In this document: positions 35,661 through 49,870 of the stretch, piece by piece | How the letters are laid out: each line of letters opens with the position of its first letter | How positions within the stretch are numbered: position 1 is the first letter of the stretch | Source: Dicyema japonicum | Lineage: Eukaryota; Animalia; Dicyemida | NCBI GenBank assembly: GCA_011109175.1 | Contig: RDEW01000009.1 | Coordinates: 191,237-255,236, forward strand | Length of the DNA: 64,000 bases | Reading direction: 5' to 3' | Program-made: the position numbers and the translations under genes | The notes under the pieces: model-generated | What the model saw: the letters and a program-made list of their open reading frames with translations, nothing else | Database searches by the model: none | Told to the model about the DNA's origin: nothing

Positions 35661-38600
35661 ATGACGTTGTGGCTCACCAAGAGGTGTCATTTGGTTGTGC
35701 CTGTGCCCTACACAGCACACATGAAAAAGAACCACACTATTTCCCTATCGTCTCTCTTCAAGGAGATCTCGATGGCGACCATTGAGCGGGCACGAAGCTT
35801 TCGCTCCCAAGAATCCCTCCTGACATCCGGTGACATTGAACTAAACCCAGGGCCGCAGAATAGACCCATCAGAATCTTACAACTTAACATCAATGGAATC
35901 ACCTCGAAACATACCGAATTGGCTGAGTACTTGGTTAAACACCGTATTGACATTGCCCTTCTACAGGAGTCACGTTTGTCTGCCTTCTCCCAAACACCAA
36001 AATTCAAAAACTACTCTTTGCTCCGTTCTGAGCGATCAAATGGATCTCACGGTGGTGGCCTGGTCACCCTCATTCACAACTCCATCCCATTCACGGATAC
36101 CACTGACCACACATTGACAGCGGCTTCTGATAAACATATGGAATTGCTATCCATCACCATCAATATTATGTCAACTCCTTACACAATTCTGAATATCTAC
36201 ATTCCCCCTTCGTCTTGCTGCCAGAAGAGTTACCGACCAAACCTAGAATTCCTTCAACTATACGAAAACATAGTTATTTGCGGCGATCTAAACGCTAAAG
36301 ATCCACTATGGTTCCGAAACCAGAATTCGGACCACAGAGGGAAACAAGTGATCTCTGAACTGGAACACCTAGTGATATTAATAACCCCCGCCAACACACG
36401 AGATGTGGAACACGCCCTGGGGATCCTAACACGTCTCCCGACCTCTCCATATGCTCAGCTCCCCTTGCAAAATCGATCTACTGGGATGTCAGATATGACT
36501 TACCCTCAGATCATAACCCTATTCTGATCGACATCTTCTTGCATTTCGGACGAACTATGTCGAGGCGAACCTATGTGAACTACAAAAGGGCGAGATGGAT
36601 CGACTTCACGGTTGACGTCGAAACGTCGCTGGAAAACTTCTCTGTGAAAATTTTACCTCTCCAGACAAAGCCATTGCACATTTCAACTCAGCCATCCTTT
36701 CGGCGGATAGAAAGCACGTCCCTAAAGGATTCATCCATGATTACAAACTATTTTTCAACAAAGAAATATTGGATCTCATCTGTGAGAGAAGACGCCTAAA
36801 ACGTTCCCGAACAACCAACCAGCAACTCCAAGATGAAATTTCTTCCCTAAACAAGAAGATAACCCACCTCATTACGGAGCTCAAAAAGGAGAAGTGGTCC
36901 ACTTTCGTCTCTCGATTGAATCCAAAATCAAAACCCCAAAGTTTCTGGAGATTTATCAGAGAAATACAATCAAATCAAACCGAATCGAGCACAACCCATG
37001 GAGGTAGACTTGGAAAGGACAACCAAACGAAAGATTTCCACTGCCAGGCAAATGACTTGATGACTCACTATTGCAAAATGAGTCATATTCCAATGAATAA
37101 AGAAAATCGACCTCATATTACTAAACCCCCAAGGGTAACAAAGGCACGATTCGAAGTATCAATAAGTCATGTTCAAAACCTCATTACAAACTCAAGAAAC
37201 TCACCAGCCACGGGACCCGATCGGATCAGCATATTCCACCTAAAGCACCTCGGTCCAAACGGGCTCTTGGCACTTAAAGATATCTACGAATTCTCCATCA
37301 ACAGGTGTTTCATCCCGATGTTATGGAAGAAGTCGAACATTATCCCAATACTCAAGAACAACAAAGCCTCCTCCTTGCCCTCTTCGTTCAGGCCAATTTC
37401 CTTAACATCTGTTGTCTCAAAAATCCTCGAAAGGATCATTCTTAACGAAATCACCCCCTACCTCGACCTCTCCGACTCACAACATGGTTTCCGTCCTTTA
37501 CACTCGACCACCACGCACTTACTGACACTAACCCAATACATCTCCAACGGTTTCAACAACTGCAAACCCCCGGAACGAACTGTCTTGGCCTCTATTGACC
37601 TAACTAAAGCTTTCGACAGAATCTCCCGTGTGGTCCTCTGCAACAAGATCTATTCTTCAAATATTCCCTCTGTATGGAAGTCATGGCTCACAAATTTCCT
37701 CTCGGGAAGACTGGGTCATACGTGTCTATATTCAAATCTATCAAGATATCGACTCCTACCAAACGGTGTTCCCCAGGGATCAGTCCTTTCACCCTCACTT
37801 TTCAACCTTTACGTCAAAGACATCCCAACAACCCAAAATACGTTACTATTGACATATGCCGATGATCTAGTAATCGCATCCAGGAGTGGCGATGTTCGAC
37901 TGGCCACCGAAAAAGTGCAGTACCACCTGAACTTGCTATCCGACTGGATGAACTTAAACTGGATGAGTGTTTCCACCTCGAAGTCATCAGCTACCCTGTT
38001 CACAACCGATCGAAGACAATTCAACCTAAACCCCACACTCTCGTTGGGACGAACCACTCCCCTTAAATAAATACCCGAAGATCCTTGGAGTTGTCTTCGA
38101 TCCTTCACTCTGTTTCAACAGACAAGTGGAGGAAGTAATGACAAAAGCCAAGCGGAAACTTAACATATTACGGGCAGTAGTTGGCCACTCAAACGGTCAG
38201 CAAAAAGAAAACTTAACTCTTCTCTACAAACAGTTCATCAGGACTACACTCAACTACGCCTCACCAAGTTGGGCCCCCTCAATCTCCTTGTCCCTTTCTC
38301 AAGAACTGCAGAAAGTGCAAAACTCGGCGCTGAGAATAATAACTGGCTGCTTAAAGTCAACCCCCACCGACCATTTACATTGGGAGTCGAAAATCCTCCC
38401 GCTCTATGACCACCTGGAAATGCGTAATTTACAATTCCTACGGCAGTCGTTCGACCCGAATCACCCAGTTCACGCTCTGCTAAGTAACAATAACCGCAGA
38501 TACATACGCAGGACCCTCTTTGACCTACAAAGAGCCTTGTCGAAGATCACCCCCCCTCAAGAAGACTCAACTTGGACCCGCCGAATCCATGATTTCATCT

Positions 38601-38890
38601 CAACACGGGCCATTAGGACACTTCAATATAACAAAGTCTTGGAGCGCTTCCCCCCTGATATCAGTCCAACGGAACAATCGCTCCCGAGGAAGGTCAGAAT
38701 CGGACTGGCTCGCCTACGATGTGGACACCACCCTTTTCTGGCTGGCAGAGTAGTTCGGACCTTTTTCCCTGCCCTGGACCACCGGATGCAAAAGTCGAGG
38801 ATCTCTGGGAGCGGCCTGTCCGGACTGCACGCTCTCTGATGGTCGCCGGCTTCTCACTTGCTGGCGAAGCCGGGGTTAATAATTTAATTT
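35661..38890 (+). mobile_element. Near full-length Ingi/Vingi-like LINE (2A-APE-RT-C-terminal), a few frameshifts
   Basis: 2A-like SGDIELNPGP at 35832-35855, then APE (ILQLNING, LLQE, GDLNAK). RT in ORF 36769-38070 (QHGFRP, DLTKAFD, GVPQGSVLSP, YADD). C-terminus LPRKVRIGLARLRCGH and DLWERP. Ends CCGGGGTT(AAT). Clade assignment is inference. Confidence 0.92.
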
Positions 38891-39159
38891 AATGGAGCCG
38901 CATTATATTGGAGGACTTCATAAGCAGATAAATCTATCTATTTCTTTCTTTGGAAAAAAAAGTTATAATCAAATTAATGAAATGGTTATGGTTATTTACT
39001 CCCAGCCTTACTATATTGAAATCATTGTGGAAAATACGAATAGAGTACTAGAATTTGTTTTGCTATAACATCGGTACAAGAAAACTTAAGTGTCAAACCT
39101 TGAACTAATTATTTAAAGAAATAAAGAAAAGTGAAAGACGTTCCACGGGACCAACAAGA

Positions 39160-39400
39160 ATGTTAGTCAAGGAGGAATATTGGCATCTATTTGGTAACAT
39201 TTTAAGAATAGAACCAAGAACGCCAGCAAATGTCGTCATGAAAGACTACTTCGCATCATCAAAGAAAAGATTTGTGGAAATCCACCCCTAACACCTCCTG
39301 AAGTTCTTAATAGTGATCTGAGGCCAGTGAAGAGACCATTGGGAAACAGGGAAGACCTTGATGATCTGAAAGTATTGACGAGACCATCTAAACACTGTAC
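39160..39400 (+). mobile_element. RTE LINE 3' fragment
   Basis: FGNILRIEPRTPAN...REDLDDLKVLTR. Confidence 0.6.
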
Positions 39401-39931
39401 ATATAGAATTATCGTTTTCCTCAAATTTTCGTTTATCTAATTTTGCTTTTTTGAACATTTTTTAAGCATCATAATTATTATTAAAACCAAGAATACTCAA
39501 TAAGGGAAGATTCATCCACTCAGTAGCATTCTCATTTTTGTTCGATGTATTTCCATGGATCCCACACACTTTCTGTGAAGCAGTGTTGCTGATAGTTGTA
39601 TGAGCGATTGAAGTCAGCACCTTGTTGTGAACTGGTGATTTAGCTCTGGCGTTCTACGCCATAGTTCTAATACACTATATGTCTTCACATTTCGTCCAGG
39701 TTATTAATAGGCTCAGAAGACATTATTAACCTAACGCTTTAAAATAAGTAAGCACCGGACTAATTTTTGAGTTCGAATCCTGTCTGACCTAAATTGGAGG
39801 ATCGTGGATAAGTCTGCCTTGAGGAGTAACAAAAGAATTAGTAATTTGTTATTCTCGAATGTTCTTTTAATTTTTTTTAATTTTTTTTTAAACCAATAAA
39901 ATATTTATTTATAACAATAAAATCGTTCTAA

Positions 39932-40048
39932 AGTCCAGCGGATATGATCGAGTGGCTGTTACCTCTGACTACTGCCAGGGATATCCTTTGGAAAAGCCAC
40001 TCGGTTTCCCGATGCTCCCTCGAGGCTTTGGTCAATAGACACCCAAGT
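39932..40048 (-). mobile_element. CRE-clade extreme 3' fragment
   Basis: 117 bp with one mismatch to 16614-16730. Confidence 0.85.
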
Positions 40049-40249
40049 TCTTTTAATGATGATATAAATTCATTTATCGTACGTGGTGACGTGTTAGATT
40101 GTTAAGAAAGGCCACTAATATACTGACTATGATAAGGCCATTGAGATGTCTAGTTCCCTTGCGTCTTCGACGTTCAGCGGGACACAATGTGCAGGGCACC
40201 GGTCAATTGATATTAAAATTCGTTTTTTTATTCTTGAGCTGAATATCAA

Positions 40250-40690
40250 AATCAATCAATCCATAAATATAGGTTTAGTCATCCAAGCTCGTTGTGAACT
40301 ATAGTAGGAGACGGAGCATCTATAGTCATAATTTCGAAAACATCGAGGCATTTTGGTCTTGCAATCATCACTGGTTTCAACTTCAACTTAACAGATTTAT
40401 CTGTTCGCATTCTAATTCCGTGTCTTTTTTTGAATTTATCCAAAATCCATTAGAATCTTTAAAATTACTGAGTTGTAACTTAAAATGCGACCTTACTAGA
40501 TATTAAGGCATCGTTCATAAAACCGCCTAGAAAATTATTTTTTCGAAAAATACCTTTAGACTCTACTACCTCCATCCATTCTACCAATTTCTTTTCGAGC
40601 TTTGGAAACTTTGATTTATGAGCAGCTTTAAAAGATGGTTAATATTTAAAAAAAATAATGTCTTTTCCCAGTAAAAGAATATTTCGAAAC
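40250..40690 (-). mobile_element. Tigger/pogo (CENP-B HTH) transposase fragment
   Basis: Minus strand KSKFPKLEKKLVEW...DSNGFWINSKKRHGIR. Confidence 0.7.
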
Positions 40691-41169
40691 AAATGCGAGA
40701 ATCTATCAGCTAACTGCTAGAACGAAATATCATCATTTTTTTTATACTTTATAATTTGTGTTTTTAATTTAAAGTAAGGCAAATGGAAGACACGTGCTAA
40801 TAAAATTTGAATTCTTTCCAATTTGTATTAAAAATTAAATTAAAAACTGCAGTAAATTTAAAAATTGGCCAATTTGCAAAGATGGATTGTATTAAATTAC
40901 TTACAAAATCATTCAATGGAAAATAGTTCATATTTGAATTTGTCGCAGTAGAAACCTTAGAGATCATTGGGAGTAGGTGACTAACTCTGCTAAATTTTAT
41001 GGGATGTAAGTGGATTATCAAGAGAGGAGCTTGCTTATTGAACCAATTTTTTTTACAAATAGTGTGAAAAATGAGTTTTAAAATTTGAGAGCAGCCACCT
41101 TTAATTGATAGATTTTTTAGCTAGTTTGGATTAGAATTATAATTGGGCATGTAAGATAGATTATTATTA

Positions 41170-42200
41170 TTAAAAACCAAAAAACACCGACAAATTAAAT
41201 AACTACATAGTAGTCAGGTGATTCTGGCCGCCTCGAGTAGCCATCTCATTCTTGCTCGGTGTTCTTTCCGGGTTCCAACGCATTTCCAAATTGGGCGGGG
41301 GTTTTTAACTTTTTTGGAAAGTAGTAAGGCTCCGGTTTTCCTCACTAATTCCTCAAAAGGTGTAGGGTTTAGAGGTGTCCAAGAAAACTTTTGCAAAGCC
41401 TAACTGGCCATTTTTTGGAAGGTATTGATTTTTTCTATATTCCTGTTTGATAGGTTGGTTCCCCATGCAGCACACCCGTAAGTTAGAGACGGTTGAATAT
41501 ACTGCACGTAGAGCGAGTCCAAATTTGAGTTAAAACACCCATTATTGTCCAAGGAGTGTTCTAACAAAATTTAGCTTTCGTTGTGCCGAAGAGATGGCGT
41601 CGTCGATGTGTTTGCTGAAGGTCAAGAGTGGGTCGTATGTTACGCCCAGTATCTTGACCGAGTTGGTCGTGGGGATTGAGTTTCCATTTATGGTTACACA
41701 TGAAGCGGAGTTTGTCAATCTTCTGTTTGTTGTGAAAATTGTTGTATAAGACTTTTCGGGACATGTATGTAGAATGTTCTTAACGAGCCAGCAGTTCAGA
41801 TCGTCCAATGAAGCTTGTATCCGGTAAACAGCAGTATTAACGCACTGGTCTTTGACTGCGACGATTATATCATCCGCATATGTCAGAACCAGAGCATCGT
41901 CACTGGTAAGAGAGGGCATATAATTCAAGAATAGGTTGAATTGGTGTGGTGAAAGTGGAGATCCTTGAGGGACCCCATTTGGAAGGAACTTGGTCACTGA
42001 TCTAGTTTTTCCAGCAGTTACTCTTTCTCTTCTTACATTTAGGAAATTTGCGATCTAGATTTTCAGGTTGTTTGGAATTTTTGACGTAAAGATCTTCCTT
42101 GTCAAAAGCCTTTTTGAGACAGTATCAAAAGCCTTTTCTATATCGATGGAACATAACAAAGACTTCTGATGAGGTTTGCGCTTTAGTCCATCCTTGATGA
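41170..42200 (-). mobile_element. Vingi-like LINE RT fragment
   Basis: ORF 41542-41997 has NGVPQGSPLSP, TYADD and KILGVTYD; upstream SIDIEKAFD. Confidence 0.85.
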
Positions 42201-42580
42201 AATTTGTATGAAGTTACCACATGGTTTAAACTCTGGTTAAACTCTCCACATGGTTACCACATGGTTTAAACTCTTTGCCAGTCCTTCTTTCTGAATGAGA
42301 CGTCTGGAGACATTGGATCTGACAGTTGTGGATTCAAATCGAAAAAAATAGACATTTCAATTCTCGTTAATCATCACATGAGTCGACGAGTCTCTCTGGC
42401 ATGACATAGTAGTTGAAAGGGATCTTCCTACTTTCTCCATAACCAACTCCACTGGTGAAGATTACTATTACTGAAAACTCTTCTGCTGAAGAATGATGTG
42501 ATGTCCGTGACATTAAGACATGATTAAAATGGAAGAGGGCGATGTCAATAATTTTTTGTAGTAATTCATTATTTTAACAT

Positions 42581-44300
42581 TATTTATTTATTTTATTAAC
42601 TCCGAAATCACGAGAAAGAGGATAAAAGTTATCGTCTAATTAAGTGATCCCGGTGTCCATACAAGTCCTTTTCCTTTCGGTTAGTTTTGGAGTACTGGAT
42701 AAATCTCCAAGCGGAAAGGTTTCTTTTCACATCTCGGGCAGGGGTCCATATATAGTTTGATGTGCGGTCCGAGGGGATGGTCAGGGGACTTTGGCATTTT
42801 GAGAAAGTTCTAGTGACGTTCCGTAAGATATTCCATGATTGGTGGACGTTTAGTGTTTTCCGTAGTAACGAGTGGACGTCTTTTTCGACGATCTCAATAG
42901 AATCCTGAGACATCGATTTTGTAAAACCTCTAGCTTGCTCTGTGCGATATTGATAAAGGGGAAATCCATGCAGTACAGGCGTACTCGATACTAGGTAGAA
43001 CAAATTGTTTTTATAAAAGCTCTAACGATAGACATAAAGATATTGGAGAGTGAATGAAGCCTTGAGAACTCCAATTTTCTTTCGGATCCTCGCGATTAAT
43101 AAGTTCACTTGATAGGTGAATGTGAGTAGGGGATCCAGAAAGACTCTAAGGATTGAAAGGTCTTCTTAATGGGAAGCGGGAAATCATACAATGTTATTCG
43201 TGTGTTCCCGTAATTCTTTTCGTTCTGAGGTAGACGTCATTACATGTGACTTTCCTGGTGATATATTCAGACGGTTCTTAAGGAACCAAAGACCCATCAG
43301 GTTTAGTAGACCTTGCACGGACCGTGTCTCCTCGATTCTTCGATGTTTCACTGCAACCACTAGATCATCCGCATACGATAAAAAATTGTGTTTTTGGTTG
43401 TTGGGGAGGGGAGATCACTGAGGAACATGTTGAAGAGATATGGTGATATCGGTGATCCTTGTGGAACTTATTTGGAAGGTATTGCGGTTTTGATTTTTGG
43501 TTGTTTGCCACCACTTGGCCCATTCGACCGTCAATGAAGTTAGCCAACCATGATTTGAATTTAGGGTGGATCGACGTCGTAAAAATTTTTTCTGTATGGA
43601 TCTTCCGAATACTGAGTGTTTGCTTGGATTATTGAGAATGATCAAGTCGTCAAAACTGTCGGATATGAGGGCTCCCCGTTGATCCAGTTGTTGGTCAGCA
43701 TGCCATTGAAAACTCTTCGCATTTAGGTCACCGTCAATTAGCGTGTTTTCCAACCAGGTGAATCTTTTGAGTTCGGGGCTGTAGCCGCTGGGGCATGACG
43801 CTGGAGGGAGTATGTACATGTTGACAACTGTCAATCGGAGAGAGGGTAGGCATATTCTCAGAGTTAGTTGTTCCAGTGTGTCGTCGAAGCGGGAGGGGAC
43901 CGGGATGTCGTCCGAAATATTTCTGGCCATTATATGCTTCCTGATTAACGTAATAAGGCCTCCTCCTTTCCATGACCTCTGTCTCTTCTGAAAACGGAAT
44001 ATCCCGGAAAGTTGGGGGCTGGTCGCCGTGGGTTAAGTTTTGTCTCTTAAAAAAAAGCTATATCCACTGAGTGTTTTATGAGAAAGCGTTGTAGTTCGGC
44101 AATTTTTGTTCGGATACCATTGATGTTAATTTGTAATATGACTAGATCTGGTCCAGGAATTTCCTCGACGTCTCCACAGGAAAAGAGTAGGATTCGACAC
44201 CATCCGCGCGTCCATGGTTGCGGGATAGGGAGTTTGCGATTATTTTCCAACACTTCAAGTGAGCGATGTCACCACGTAGGTGAATCACACGACATGCCAA
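42581..44300 (-). mobile_element. Internally deleted Vingi-like LINE with a degenerate 2A motif
   Basis: CGDVEEIPGP (44149-44172) precedes APE (VILQININGI, GDLNAK). The element then jumps to RT (YADD) and the C-terminus. 3' UTR GGGATCACTTAATTAGACGATAA...TTTCGGAGTT(AAT) is shared with 54581-54655. Confidence 0.88.
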
Positions 44301-44411
44301 TTTTTTACATATTAATCTCCAATATACTTTATTTTTAACCTCCAATATATATTGGAGATTTTTTGTAATAATTAGTTAATAAAATAATATTATTGCTATA
44401 GCTACAGTCAC

Positions 44412-45877
44412 ATGAAATTAGACAGATTTGAACTACAAAGTTTTTGGGGAAGATCTCCATCATTTGACGGTGTTCTGATTGTGTTGAATTACCTACACGT
44501 GGTATTTTGTAACTTTTAAATTTTTAAGAAAGTTATATTTTATTAATTGAGCCTGCTGATTGTCGGCATGTTATAAAGTATTTGAGCAAACGACACCAGC
44601 ATAAAACACATGTTGATTTTATTTAATAATTTTAGATTTTTATCTACGAAAAGTCTCCTGCTTTGATTGCGAGACATTTGTTACTTCTAGCAATATCCTT
44701 GTATAATCAAAGCAAATACGGAATTGATGGTTATTTGGAATTTTTATTTTAGAAAAAACTGAACTGTTCATGGAATTATACGGAAATCTGTTGGTTCGAC
44801 ATCGAACAAACGAGCTGGTCAAAAGTGAGGCGAAATTTTTGATTGAACTGATCACTCAGGATAACATTAAGAATAAAATTTTTCCATTTTTTGATTTTTC
44901 GCATTTGAGAGTTTGCCGTTTGTTTATTGGAAGATGAAGGATGTAGATGAAGTCGAGGAAATCTTAAATGTCTGGTGCAGACAAAGTAAGGAAGTTAAAG
45001 CCGACGATATCTGGTGTTTGATAAATTTATTTTCAGGGATTTTCGGTTGCGTAATCATTTGGGACAGAGATACGACTCACGTGTTAATCTTTATGACTGG
45101 GACTTTACGATGGTTTTGCGAGAACGAAATGTAAATTTGATATTATATTTTAAAGGCAGAAATAATAAACTCTCGTATTTACAAACAGTGGAGAGAAGAC
45201 GGAATTGCCTTCAATTTGAGAGGAGATAGCTATATATTCCCCAATCTCACATTGATGACGTCAATTAACGTATTTTGTTAATCACAATAAGAATTCCAAA
45301 ATTGGCTATTGGGGAGATATTGTGACTGGTCCTTTTGTCGGATTCGGACTAGAAGCGAGTGATGAAGAGCTCTTCAAGAAAAGCAACGGAATTTACGACA
45401 GGAACTCAGTGGAAATAACGGAAATAAACGTTAGGGATATTTTCAGAAATATTAGCGATATTTATGGGGAAAAGAATGACAATGAAACGTATGAAATTGG
45501 TTTTAACGTTTTTGATATTCTTAGAGGATTTCGTAACAATTTCTTTTCTTCCCTTGATCCCATTGCAAAAGATTATCTGTAAACAAAAATACAATAATTT
45601 GTTTGATGTGATTTACTTTTCTTGTGTGTTTGTAAAAGTTATTTACTTTCTAGAACTTTTAAGGAAATTTCGAAAATTCCAACTGATTTTTACCGACCGG
45701 ATTGTCATTTAATTGTTGAAAGTTGTAGATTTATAGTTCCCTTTAATAAAAATGAAATAAAAGAAATCTGTGATTATGTCATAAAAGAGTGTGAAAAAAT
45801 AAAATTTAAGGTATTTTTAGTTTAATCCTCAGGAGATGGATAAGAGTAATGAAAATTGGCGCATTTTTTCACGTTGA
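44412..45877 (+). CDS. DNAAF3: Dynein axonemal assembly factor 3 (PF22), about 11 exons
   Basis: GT-AG introns at 44470-44528, 44612-44635, 44730-44752, 44911-44933, 45014-45036, 45131-45155, 45270-45291, 45500-45524, 45628-45653 and 45811-45832. Motifs FWGRSP, ARHLLLL, FMELYGN, LRNHLGQRYDSR...DWD, GYWGDIVTGPF. Confidence 0.92.
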
Positions 45878-46270
45878 TTTATTATAAATGAATGATTTCA
45901 AAATGATGTTCAATAGCTTTTTAGGATTTCACTAGAAACCAATTATCTAATTTCAATATTTCATAGTCTTGTTAGGACGGCAATGCCTAATACTCCCAGA
46001 TTTTCAGTGATATAATGGAAAACCTGTAGTTATATCTTTTCTTTTATGCTCAGCAGCAATCGGTATAGAGAATTATTAGGAGTGAGTCGAAATGAAATGA
46101 GAAGTTTCCCCGGAGTAAATGATACTATTGGTTCTTTTTTCGAGGACCATTAGGCAACCCCTTGGCGTTACCAAACTAAGAGTTGATAAATAACAGAACG
46201 CTAAGCTAAATATATTAAAAAAGTTAGTTTAATTAAATATTAAAGTAATTTAAAAGTTTATTTTTAATTT

Positions 46271-47600
46271 GTGAAGGTTGGAATCTCCTGCTCTGCTTGT
46301 AGAGATTTCTTCTACCTCAGCTGTTCAAACTATTCCAAGTCGCTACGAAGCCCCTTTCCAATACGATCGAGGATGCTCTCCGGACGAACTCGATACAAGA
46401 CTGCGTGTGTCTGCTCAGTTTTGGGACTTCCGCGCAGGGACTTACTCTGGAGGGTCACGGAAAGGAGTATCTTACAGTCATCATTAAGACCAACATTTGT
46501 TCTTTCATGGAAGGAACTCAGTTCCCCGATTATCCCACTTCTTTTAACCAAAAGTCTGAAAAAGGAAGTTTGAAGTAAATCGAAGGAACGGGTACTTTCC
46601 GTGCAGTCATCAGGTACTTTCTTTAAGCGAACTGCTCAAACCGACTCTCGACACCTACAGTATTTTGTTAAGCAAGCATTCGCCAACACCTCACAATCTG
46701 CGCCCTGTCTCTCTCCTTGCCAAAGTGAGTCTCTCGACCGCTTCAAATGATAAAATACTCATTGTTATACGGAATTTGTCCCAGTAGCAGTAGCGGGCTC
46801 GACGAAATGAGATCTGCTCATCCTAAAAATCTGACATCTTTGTCCGTTGGAAATCCAGGACTTAGTCTTAAAAATTCAATTACTTCATATATGAACCGGA
46901 TTTTTTCTTGAGTACTTCCAGAGGTGGTCCGCCACGTTCTGTTCTCAGCCAACCTGATCGCCTTTGATAGAAGAGAGGCAGTGTGCGTCCGATTAAGATC
47001 GGGTTTATCTTCAGGAGGTTGGCTTGATTGCCTCCAGATATTATATCCCCCATGTAACACAATTCTTAAGCCCATCTTACCCCAAGTAGGAATCGGAATA
47101 CGTCTCGGATGCGAGGCAGCTGTTCATTCCGTTAGAATATTATAAAACTTCAACATAGAAGATTCCCGATGACATGTTCTTGTCAAACCGGACATCAAGA
47201 ACGCTTTCAACAATCTGAGGAGAGATAATATTCTTGAAGCATGCATGGAAAGATGCCCTAATATTATCGAAATGGAGAACAATCTTATATTCTACTTTCA
47301 TTCTTACCTAATTCCTTCGTCTTCCGGAGTGCAACCCATGTTATTCTACCTGCAATCGAAAGAATCACCAAACTTCACCACTCGTCCCTCAACCTGTGGT
47401 ATCTGGATGATGAGGTTCTCAGGGGATCCTCAGATACTACTTCCAGAATTTTGAGGTGTTGATTCCAGCCTTGTAGAAGCTGGTTTGGAATTAAATTATA
47501 ATAAATTCTAAATTTCCAACTGCGGACTTTCAGAAGACAAATATTCACAAATTATGTCATCTTTCGTGAATTTACTTTTTTCCCTAAAGAACTTATATTC
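46271..47600 (+). mobile_element. CRE-clade retrotransposon RT region, decayed
   Basis: PQVGIGIRLGCEAAVHSVR, VKPDIKNAFN, SSSGVQ, WYLDD. Confidence 0.8.
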
Positions 47601-48304
47601 CTCGGATCCTTAATCACCATGTGTTCAATGGGGAGAGCTTGAAAGGCAATATACTTGAAAGGCAACAATTACTCGAAGGGTTTTTGAATATCCACTTCAG
47701 GATAATGAAATTTAATACTGAAAGCACAATTATGTAACAAATATGCCACACAAGTAATATGATAAAGATTTGGCATATAATTTCTCTTCACCAGACGTCT
47801 TGTTCTGTCCTCTGCATACGACCGTAGGTCTTTCAGGTTGTCTGTACATTCGAGTGTTTTTTTCCAATCATTATAAGATCCTTGCTCAGGGCCATGGAGA
47901 GTAACCCTCGACTTCCTTCTAAAGGGGGATCTGTTCTCATGTTGAAATATCGTTTGCAAGGGAATCTATATCTATACGCAGAACGTGCCCAAAGAGTCTC
48001 CCTCTCGATTCATGGACTGATAGTCTTTCATTCGAAATTTTCTTTGATTACTCCGAACTTGATAATTTTCGTAAATGTGGAAGGTATCCATCTTTTGGAG
48101 CTTCACCTCGTGAAAGTTCTTAACTATTGATTTCCTCCTCGGCATATAATCAATTAGTAAATTAGTTAGCTCATTCTTACCAATTTGCATAACTTGTGTT
48201 TATTGAAATAAAAACTAATTAATCGTAATTAAAAATCCATAGAGATGTGGTTTAGAAACGTTACTGTAATTCATATAATTATTATTTATTTGATTTAGGG
48301 GTAA

Positions 48305-48661
48305 ATGGAATACAGAAAGAACTCTTATTGCAAAATGCCATTAGAAGCACGGTATAGTAAAATGCATGATATTAGACTAAATATTATCCGTAATAAGCAA
48401 ATGGAAAATCTAACCATTAACAATAACTCGCCTCTGACCTGTCAAATTAATCGCAGATTATCTTTACAGATTTCTCAATTAAATAGGGGAAAAAATAATT
48501 TTTTGAAAAACTATGAGCAGAGAAAGATATCATCTCAATCACAAGCGGTAGAGAAAATTCAGAGTGCGAGCAAAGATAAAATAAATGAAAAGAAAATTGC
48601 TAAAGAACGTAAGAAAAGTAGCATAATAACTGTAAAGGTGTTAGATTTTTTGAAAAAATAA
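48305..48661 (+). CDS. Hypothetical basic 118-aa protein
   Basis: Intact ATG-to-stop ORF, Lys/Arg-rich; no recognisable motif. Confidence 0.3.
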   Translation: MEYRKNSYCKMPLEARYSKMHDIRLNIIRNKQMENLTINNNSPLTCQINRRLSLQISQLNRGKNNFLKNYEQRKISSQSQAVEKIQSASKDKINEKKIAKERKKSSIITVKVLDFLKK

Positions 48662-49159
48662 AGATTTTTTTTAATTTTGTAAATTGAATAAGTTGAATTG
48701 ACGCAGTGTTGTTTCTCTCGTAGCAATAGACGTAAACTATAGGAACCACTGGGTTGTTTTAAATTTTTTACTTATATTACTAATCATCAAATTATGCTTT
48801 TAATAAAAATCTTGTATCATCACAATAATTAGTACAAACTATGAAATCTCTGAGTGCTAATAAGTGCACAATGATCACTAGGGCATTTTTTTATAAATTT
48901 AAAATTTAAAATATAGCACTTAAAAAACAACATTATAGCATTTGTAAACCGCAAAATAACTATACCACTATAAAATTTTTTTCATTATTATATTATTAAA
49001 ACAAAAATGTCAACTATTTGATATATCTCATAATCACATGCAACATTATACATCACAAAATTGTAAAGTCGCTGAGTATCGACTATTTATTGCATAAGGA
49101 ACAAAAAAGTCATCATTCAGAATTTCGAATTCGTCTTTGAATCTTAGAGTATACATCTT

Positions 49160-49870
49160 ATTAATATTATTACCCCCAGGATCACTGAGTCAAAAAGAAA
49201 GAAATAAAAGTTCTCATCTAACTAAGTAATTCCAGACCGACAAAGGAGAGGACGAGTCCGGCGGGATCGAGAATCCTGAACAGCTCTTCTCAGTGGACAT
49301 GACATCGACTCAAAATTCCTGTATGATTGTAGATATTTCGATTAAGAAATTTTTAATGGGCTGGATTTTGTGTTCTGGTGCAATTAACCTTATTGCAGTC
49401 TCCTCGATTGTGAATAGTTTCAATGAGGAGAATCGTGAAATCTGCATTCCAATGAAGGACTTGCATACGTCATCGTTGGTCGGATAAATTGTTTATAAAT
49501 CGTGGCAAGGAAACCAGTTTGGTCTCTAAGTGTTTTTGAGAGCATGTTTAAAATTCTCATGTTCTTCAGAGCAGAAGTTACTTTGTTTTTAACATGTCGG
49601 ATAAAGGTGAATCCCTGATCAAAGGTTACTCCCAGAATCTTCGGTGTTTTGTTAATAGGAATAGCTTCGTTCTTCATAAAGATTTTTGGTTCGATACAGA
49701 GCTGTCTTTTGTAAGTGGTAAACAGCGTGACAGAGGACTTTGTTGTTAATGTGTCGAGTCTTCGCTTCGAGAGCCATAGTTCCAGCTTGTCAAGCATTTG
49801 TTGAACGGACCAAGGGATAATATGTCACATGGGCCAAGCGATACCTATGGGCTGCCTGTTACATTAACCT
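49160..49870 (-). mobile_element. Vingi-like LINE 3' fragment
   Basis: ORF 49420-49797 has KILGVTFDQ and IYKQFIRP. Ends GATCCTGGGGGTAATAAT on the minus strand. Confidence 0.8.

Noticed and set aside
44470-44528. Third GT-TG intron plus a micro-exon in DNAAF3
   Set aside because: It would need a 17-nt intron. A single canonical 59-nt GT-AG intron restores the frame more simply.
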